From positions 1 to 40,589 of the IMG/VR virus record IMGVR_UViG_3300048072_000105: 40,589 bases of DNA; one strand, written 5' to 3'. The notes under the pieces are model-generated. The model worked only from the letters and a program-made list of their open reading frames with translations. It had not been told where the DNA came from and made no database searches. The translations under genes and the position numbers were made by a program. This stretch comes from a virus (taxonomy: Duplodnaviria > Caudoviricetes). Below are positions 34,912-40,589 of the stretch, piece by piece; position 1 is the stretch's first letter; the number at the start of each line of letters is the position of its first letter.

Positions 34912-36738
34912 TCAGCGTTCCCAGTCGGTCGGTGCTTGGGGCTGGGGACTGGTGGGTGCTGGCGGAAGCGCGGAAGTTTGCTTCGCTATTTCCGGCGCCA
35001 CGCTGAAACGATTCCGCATGTCGGCAAGGATGGTTTGGAACTGCGCTTCGCTCATGCGCGAGTAATTCTGAAAGTCGATAGGCGGCACCGTAAGTTCAAT
35101 AGGCTCCTTTCCCGTTACCGATACCATCCACTTCGGGTAGTTGGCGGACGGCCAAAACTGTATGGCCACTTTCCTCAGTGCGTTGCGGACCGTTTCGTCG
35201 AGGTCCTGCACCTCATGGGTGGCAATGGTGAGGCTGACGTTCTGCTTGCGGGCCTTTTCCGTCAGGTCGCGGATATGCTCGTCGTGTTTGATATAGTCCT
35301 GTGCCTCGTCGATGTAGGCGAAGACGGGAAGCCGAGAGCTTTTCGGCACGAACATGCGCTCTTCGGTGGCCTGTAAGAGCTTGGCGATGAAGAAGCGGCC
35401 GAACGGCTCCTTGGCGCTCTTGAGCATCCCTTCCATCGTGTTGATGAGGATGACCTTCGGCTCTTGGAGGAGCTTGAAGAGGTCGAACTTGTTGCGCGGA
35501 TTGGTGAACATGGACAGAAACAGGTCATCACTGGTGAAAGCGGAGAGCCGCGCCCGCACCGCGCCGATGCTCGGGCCGTAGCTACCCTCAAACATATCGG
35601 CGGTCAGAAACCGGCGGTCCGTCTCGCTGAGCGTACTCAGGTGTTGCTCGTGCTTGGCGAAGCCGTCTTTCGAGAGAAAGTCCTTGAAGGTGAGTACGGT
35701 GGCGTCGGGGATGAGCATGACCGCGCGGAGAACGGTTTTAAGGATGCCTTCCATAAAGCCGGATGTCTCGGCTCTGACGAGGGACTGCATGAAGAACGTA
35801 ATCATTTCCTCCGTGCCGCGCTGGAGCGTCACGCGCTGGCGGGAGGTTAGCGAGGCCATCAGCTCTTTGTTGAAGTCGAAGATGTTGAGGGAGAGCGGAT
35901 GGTCGGGGTCGTACTCGATGTAGATAAGTTTGCCGTGAAGTGATCCGCCCGGAGCGAAGTCTGCGAGCCGCGCGATGTCGGGGATAAGTTGGTTCTGGCT
36001 GTCCATCACGAAGAGGGATGCTTCGCCTTTAACGACGCGCTGCAAGTCTGCATGTATTTGCGCCGATAGGAGCGTGGTCTTGCCGGAGCCACTGGACGCT
36101 ACGATGAACTGATGACGGAAGCGCTGCTCGTCGGTGAAGCCGTAGGACACCCTTTTCCTGAACAGCTCTTTCAGTGGTTCTTGCCAGACCGAAGAAGCCT
36201 CGCGGAACGATTTCATTTTCGTCCAGTCATAGCCATCTATCGCCCGTCCTCCGAGTTCCGTGTCCTGGGTGGTTATGATGATGCGCTTGAATTCGCTGAA
36301 GGGCGCAATGTCCCAATACTGCGCCTGAAAGGGGCCGGGCGCCGGAACATAGGATTCAAGAATATCCTCAACCTTGCCGAGCGCGAGATTGTCTGCCTGC
36401 TCGGCTTCAAAAAGAAGTTGCTGCATTTCCCGTTCTTCTCTGCCGGGGTCCCACAGCTTCCACCTGATGTGGTCCGTACCACCCCAAAAGATTGCGCCGA
36501 GGAATACTGTCGTGAGAACTCCGAGCGAGAGCGCAAGCCAACCGGGGAACAGACCCCAGAGTCCCATGTAGAAAATAATGGCGCCGACCCCGAAGACTGC
36601 ATACGCAATGTCCCGGTGAAGCCTGTTGTGGTCGCCGCCGTAGGCCGCCCAGTTGTACAGCGTGTTGTACGCGACAAAAACGCCGGTCAGGCCGCCCAGG
36701 ATGAAGACAATGCTGAGGATGAAGCCCCAAAAGGTCAT
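34912..36738 (-). CDS. Type IV coupling protein-like ATPase (VirD4/TraD-like)
   Basis: Three N-terminal TM segments, RFRHQFIVASSGSGKT Walker A, AYIDEAQ Walker B, ARKQNVSLTIATH. Confidence 0.8.
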   Translation of the reverse strand: MTFWGFILSIVFILGGLTGVFVAYNTLYNWAAYGGDHNRLHRDIAYAVFGVGAIIFYMGLWGLFPGWLALSLGVLTTVFLGAIFWGGTDHIRWKLWDPGREEREMQQLLFEAEQADNLALGKVEDILESYVPAPGPFQAQYWDIAPFSEFKRIIITTQDTELGGRAIDGYDWTKMKSFREASSVWQEPLKELFRKRVSYGFTDEQRFRHQFIVASSGSGKTTLLSAQIHADLQRVVKGEASLFVMDSQNQLIPDIARLADFAPGGSLHGKLIYIEYDPDHPLSLNIFDFNKELMASLTSRQRVTLQRGTEEMITFFMQSLVRAETSGFMEGILKTVLRAVMLIPDATVLTFKDFLSKDGFAKHEQHLSTLSETDRRFLTADMFEGSYGPSIGAVRARLSAFTSDDLFLSMFTNPRNKFDLFKLLQEPKVILINTMEGMLKSAKEPFGRFFIAKLLQATEERMFVPKSSRLPVFAYIDEAQDYIKHDEHIRDLTEKARKQNVSLTIATHEVQDLDETVRNALRKVAIQFWPSANYPKWMVSVTGKEPIELTVPPIDFQNYSRMSEAQFQTILADMRNRFSVAPEIAKQTSALPPAPTSPQPQAPTDWER

Positions 36739-36822
36739 GCCCGCAAGGTGTTGGGGGCTGGGGGAATAGTCAACGGGAAAGGCCCCTGTGGCCCCGTATA
36801 CGGCCCTAGGCGGGGCGGAAAC

Positions 36823-37584
36823 CTACTCCATGAGCCTCTGCACCAGTTCGGTGTGCGCCGTGGTGTTGGGGGTCAGGCGGGCATACTGCGCGAGGGTCTG
36901 CGCGTCCTCGAACGTGCATCGCTGTCCGGTTTTTTCCTCTACCTGAAGCGCACCCTGTCGGAGTTTGGGTGGAAGTTCGTCGAGGAAGTTGACGCCAGCG
37001 ATAAGGCGTTCTTGGCGGATGAGTGCCATGTGAAACATCCGACCGTAAAAGCCAAAGTCAGGGACAATCACCTGTCCTTTAGCCTGTCCGATAAGGAGCG
37101 AGCCGAGCACGAAGGCGTCGAAGTCCCCGAGCGTGGCGCGGTCAATCTTCGCGACTACTGAGCCCTTGAAGGAGAAGTTCGTGGGATTGCAGAGCACCGC
37201 CTTGAGGACAGGCGAGAGCAACAAGTCCTCTATCGTGGCGAGCGCTTCGAGCGAGCCGGGGTCCGGGTACTGCGGAAGTTTGTCGAGGCGCCGCGCGCCG
37301 GAGAGCAGCAACTTCGCAAGCGCCCGTCTGCCGTTGCGCACGGTCAGCGTTTCACCGCCTTCCGGTGAGGCGGAGTACACGGTGGCGGCAAAGTCGCGGG
37401 CGCGTTTGTAGTCTATTGCCTTCAGCGGGTTGAAATGGTGGACGGCCGGATCAAAAAGTTTTGCCTGCGGAAACTTAGCGAGAAAAGCGTCGGCGACGGG
37501 GCCGTCGTCAATGAGAAGAAAGCCGCTTGGTGTATCAAGGAGCTGTTCTGTTTTGTCGGCTGTGCCGATGAGTAGCCGGTTCAT
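36823..37584 (-). CDS. Degenerate coupling-protein-like protein
   Basis: LLIGTADKT (eroded P-loop), FLLIDDG, FDP...FNPL and RDFA resemble the T4CP nucleotide-binding domain; no intact Walker A. Confidence 0.5.
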   Translation of the reverse strand: MNRLLIGTADKTEQLLDTPSGFLLIDDGPVADAFLAKFPQAKLFDPAVHHFNPLKAIDYKRARDFAATVYSASPEGGETLTVRNGRRALAKLLLSGARRLDKLPQYPDPGSLEALATIEDLLLSPVLKAVLCNPTNFSFKGSVVAKIDRATLGDFDAFVLGSLLIGQAKGQVIVPDFGFYGRMFHMALIRQERLIAGVNFLDELPPKLRQGALQVEEKTGQRCTFEDAQTLAQYARLTPNTTAHTELVQRLME

Positions 37585-37687
37585 GTGGCTGGAGCAGTAG
37601 AGCCCGAGGGTTTTCAGGAATGGCTGCGCCAGCCCTAAAAAGGTACTGTCCTCCAACATTGTACAACGGGACTGGGAGGATGGTGCG

Positions 37688-37909
37688 GTGCAAAAAGTAA
37701 TCGTGGGAGTAGTGGCGCTCGTGGTCGGTATCGGTATCGGCTACTGGGGCGCCACCAACGGGACGGTGAGCAACATGGTGCAGAGCGTGATGGGTGGGCC
37801 TTCGCCGAACGGGGTCAATCCGCCGTTGCCGAATGGCGTCAATCCTCCGAAGCGAGACCAAGGCACTACGCCAATTCAGCCGGACCAGGCGGTGACACCG
37901 TCGAAGTAA
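37688..37909 (+). CDS. Small membrane-anchored protein with PNGVNPP tandem repeat
   Basis: N-terminal TM helix, GGGAGG RBS, two copies of PNGVNPP. Confidence 0.6.
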   Translation: MQKVIVGVVALVVGIGIGYWGATNGTVSNMVQSVMGGPSPNGVNPPLPNGVNPPKRDQGTTPIQPDQAVTPSK

Positions 37910-38025
37910 ATGCGCAAAGCCGCCCAATTGCGGTGAGCGGCTGTGCTGGATTTTTCGCCACCGGCAGAGGCCGGGAATATGTACACCGCTCCGTTACTCG
38001 GATGCGGAAGGAGCAAAGAGCATCT

Positions 38026-38086
38026 GACAAAACTGTAACACGAAAAGTTTTGTCGGCTGTTGTCGCGCTCGTCGCGAAAAGTTTTG
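38026..38086. repeat. Inverted plus direct repeat cluster
   Basis: GACAAAACT (38026-38034)/AGTTTTGTC (38046-38054) inverted; CGAAAAGTTTTG at 38041-38052 and 38075-38086. Confidence 0.75.
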
Positions 38087-38411
38087 AAAAACTGTTCCGC
38101 CCACTGTGTTGTCGGTGGTCGCGAAGCGCCACGACCATTTCCCTTTTGCCCCGAGCTATGGCTGAGGCCTTGTAGTGGTAACTCAAGGACACGCCTACGC
38201 GAGTGGGCGCACTACTCAGACGAAGGAGGAGTAGAAAAGGGAAATGGTCGTGGCGTAAGCCCGACAACCAGTGTGGCGGAATCGTTGAAATGTAAGGGAA
38301 ATGTCGCGATATTTTCGCAACTGCACCTGTCTACAGTAGATAGGTCTGTAGGCAGGTGCTGTAAGCATAGAAAAGGGGCGGCTAGGTGTGCACCCCAACC
38401 GCCCCAACTCC

Positions 38412-38651
38412 CTATTTGGGAGCAAACCAGTCTGCCGTCACCGACAGGCCGTGTGCCTCAAAGTATGCGAGGACTTCACTGACGCGCCATACGGGGTGAG
38501 CGTTGCGCGACTTGCCCAGCTTCCGACACTTTGGAAAAGAATCGGCAGCGTAGTCAGGGTCGAACATCAGTCTCCAAGTATGGGCGCGGCTGTAAGGCCA
38601 CCCCATTCTCCGAAGGCCCTTCCAGTCCACAATCAGAGGTTTCGTAAACAT
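38412..38651 (-). CDS. AlpA-family excisionase/regulator
   Basis: YSRAHTWRLM...FPKCRKLG...VWRVSEVLAY; near the integrase. Confidence 0.8.
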   Translation of the reverse strand: MFTKPLIVDWKGLRRMGWPYSRAHTWRLMFDPDYAADSFPKCRKLGKSRNAHPVWRVSEVLAYFEAHGLSVTADWFAPK

Positions 38652-38895
38652 CGTTTAGCTCCGAAGTAGTGGAGCATCGCGATGTCCACGGTTACCACCG
38701 ATGGAACGGTGGAACTGTAGCAGAGCAGTCCGGTCGGGAAAAGCGCGGCGGTCTCACCGGCGGTTGTGCATGGTGCCTCGCCGTTCCTCTAAAGGCAGAA
38801 TATTGCACTGTGAGCAGAACATTTCGTGAAACGGGAACGGAATAGTTCTGCCGAAAAAGGGCATAGTTTTTCCGGTCAGGCGGGAGGGGTAAGCA

Positions 38896-39456
38896 ATGGC
38901 AGCGCGACCAAAGATAACCGGCAGAAGTTCTTCACTCGCGGCCGTCTTCGTGCAGGCCATCATTCCGCGTAGTTCGGATGCCGACCAGCTCCAAGAGGGC
39001 CTGGAGAAGTTCGGGATTGCGCGGGACCAGTGCGCGTACTGCGGTGCACGGGGTTCGGACCTCGACCACTTCTTCGCAATCGTGAAGAACAAGCGGCCGT
39101 CCGGATACTTTCATTGCGCCCGGAATCTGGTGCCGTCATGCGGGACCTGTAACCAGTCGAAGGGCGGGCACCACTGGGAAAAGTGGATGCTCGGCACCGC
39201 AAAGAACTCTCCGCGGACACGCGGGGTACCGGATGTCGAAGAGCGCGCCGAGAAGCTCCGCAAGTTTGAAAAGTGGGGTGGGCTGACGCCGGTGAGTGAG
39301 GATGACCTGCGCGCGGCCATCGGCGCGAAACGGTGGGAGGCCTACTGGGAGCGGCTCGAAGAAATAAAACGGCTCATGGTGTCGGCCCAGGAAGAAGCGG
39401 AGAGCATCCGGGAAATCCTGGAATCGAAGTTCGGCGACGCAAAAGCCCCGGCCTAA
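38896..39456 (+). CDS. HNH endonuclease
   Basis: CAYCG...DLDHFF...NLVPSCGTCNQSKG; GGAGG RBS; inserted between xis and int in the opposite orientation. Confidence 0.85.
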   Translation: MAARPKITGRSSSLAAVFVQAIIPRSSDADQLQEGLEKFGIARDQCAYCGARGSDLDHFFAIVKNKRPSGYFHCARNLVPSCGTCNQSKGGHHWEKWMLGTAKNSPRTRGVPDVEERAEKLRKFEKWGGLTPVSEDDLRAAIGAKRWEAYWERLEEIKRLMVSAQEEAESIREILESKFGDAKAPA

Positions 39457-40589
39457 GCGGCAGTCGCGACCGAGGGGGGCTCTGCCGAAAGAATTTTTGT
39501 GAGCTGCGCTTCCCATAGGTCCACAGCTTTCCGCATCTCGTCCTGGTAGGTGTGGCGGTTGTAGATGCCGACCAGTCCCCCGGTCGTGCCGGTGATGTGA
39601 TTGAGGAGCTTCTCGACGACGTGAATGGGCGTCCCGAGCTTCGCCTGGTTGGTGGCGAATGTTCTGCGGAGGTCGTGCAGGGTCCAGTCGGAAGTTTCGC
39701 TCGCTTCGTCCAGGATGGCTTTGGACTTGCTCCAGCCGTTGAAGGGAGTGTCCCGGCCGCGTGCCGGGAAGAGAAGGCCCGGAGCGGCGTTGCCGACTAC
39801 TTCGGAGGCCATCGCTCCAAGCGGGAACGTGTGCTCATTGCCGTTCTTGCACAGCTCGCTTGGGAGCGTGCAGCGGTTGTCCGCAAAGAACTCTCCCTGG
39901 AGTGCAGCAATCTCGCTGCGGCGTTGGCCGGTCAGCATGAGAAGTTTCACGATCCGCCGGAACGATGCGGGGAGCTTGTTCGTGTCGTCTTCGCACGCGA
40001 GCCAAATGCGTTTCAGCTCTTCGTCGGCCAGCACCCGTTCGCGGGTCTTGGTGCGGCGCCCGCTGATGCCCATGACGGGATTGTCGGTAATGTACCGGCG
40101 CTTCTGGCACCAGTTGAAGAAGCCCCGAGCGGATGCGAGGGCGTGGTTGTACATGGCCGCGGTTTTGATGCGGTCCAGCCTGCGGACAATCTCCCCGTGG
40201 GACACGTCGGCAAGCTGGCCTTGGAAGTCGAAGAAGCGGTCCAGGTAGTACTCGTAGTCGCTGACGGTGTTCTCCCGGCGGGCGTTCCGCTTCTCCTCCA
40301 GGAAGACCTTGCGGGCCTCCTGAAAGCTGAGGGCCTGCGGGCGGAGCTTCCCGAGCGTCTTCTCGGCAAGCATCCGCTTGGCCTCTGTGCGGGCCTCAGA
40401 GAGCGAGAGAACGGGATAGCGGCCGATGGTGCGGCGGGAGTTTGAAACGTTGAGGATGAACGTCTTGGAGCCGCCCTGCGACACGCGCACGCCGAACGAA
40501 CTCAAGCCGCTGTCCCAATAGTCGAGCTGTCCGGCTTCCGGCGTTGGAAGCGAACGAAGCAGAGCATCACTGAGAGCAACTTTAGGCAT
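39453..40589 (-). CDS. int: Tyrosine integrase (P4-like, with arm-binding domain)
   Basis: N-terminal YWD..FGVRVS.GGSKTF arm-binding domain; catalytic TGQRRSEI, K, HDLRRT, LLNH and GIYNR motifs. Confidence 0.95.
   Translation of the reverse strand: MPKVALSDALLRSLPTPEAGQLDYWDSGLSSFGVRVSQGGSKTFILNVSNSRRTIGRYPVLSLSEARTEAKRMLAEKTLGKLRPQALSFQEARKVFLEEKRNARRENTVSDYEYYLDRFFDFQGQLADVSHGEIVRRLDRIKTAAMYNHALASARGFFNWCQKRRYITDNPVMGISGRRTKTRERVLADEELKRIWLACEDDTNKLPASFRRIVKLLMLTGQRRSEIAALQGEFFADNRCTLPSELCKNGNEHTFPLGAMASEVVGNAAPGLLFPARGRDTPFNGWSKSKAILDEASETSDWTLHDLRRTFATNQAKLGTPIHVVEKLLNHITGTTGGLVGIYNRHTYQDEMRKAVDLWEAQLTKILSAEPPSVATAA

Larger units (their letters stand above)
1..40589. mobile_element. Integrated prophage/mobilisable-element hybrid (podovirus-like virion genes + integrase/Xis + relaxase/coupling protein + defence cargo); boundaries not visible
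   Basis: Terminase, portal, capsid and lysis genes sit in one contiguous region with a tyrosine integrase, AlpA-like Xis, relaxase and T4CP-like genes; no housekeeping genes recognised. Confidence 0.85.

Noticed and set aside
36112-37161. 349-aa plus-strand ORF
   Set aside because: Antisense to the two coupling-protein-like genes.
39552-40445. 297-aa plus-strand ORF
   Set aside because: Antisense to the integrase.
1-40589. attL/attR sites, tRNA target, CRISPR array
   Set aside because: No terminal direct repeat, tRNA cloverleaf or regularly spaced repeat-spacer array seen; the window is cut at gene boundaries, so att sites probably lie outside.

Overview
The window looks like one nearly complete ~40.6 kb integrative element, probably in an alphaproteobacterium (inferred from a GAAC-N7-GAAC LexA box and plasmid-type ardC/DUF3768-like genes). 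No att sites are visible because the window ends at the integrase start codon. It combines four parts. (1) A podovirus-like virion, packaging and lysis operon on the minus strand (about 7.3-27.7 kb): small and GpA-like large terminase, portal, scaffold, major capsid, adaptor, nozzle, fibre-like and ejection-like proteins, an M23 peptidase and a holin-like protein. (2) An integration and mobilisation arm (about 28.4-40.6 kb): tyrosine integrase, AlpA-like Xis, a VirD4/TraD-like coupling ATPase plus a degenerate partner, a Replic_Relax (MOBC-type) relaxase, a CHC2 primase-like protein and ArdC, but no mating-pair-formation genes. (3) Defence cargo: a two-gene CBASS (patatin plus CdnE), an NaeI/NgoMIV-like C5 methylase with an HNH nuclease and Vsr, a Swt1-like HEPN protein and a second HNH protein. 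(4) Structured non-coding tracts. The most notable observations are the phage/relaxase hybrid architecture; a candidate ~380-nt multi-domain ncRNA (about 4584-4965) with its own promoter; a recurring promoter design with a DnaA-box-like nonamer upstream; Shine-Dalgarno-less starts confined to the phage-like genes; and no GCCGGC site found on manual reading of the whole window, matching the predicted methylase target. All family calls come from motif recognition by eye, not from database searches.
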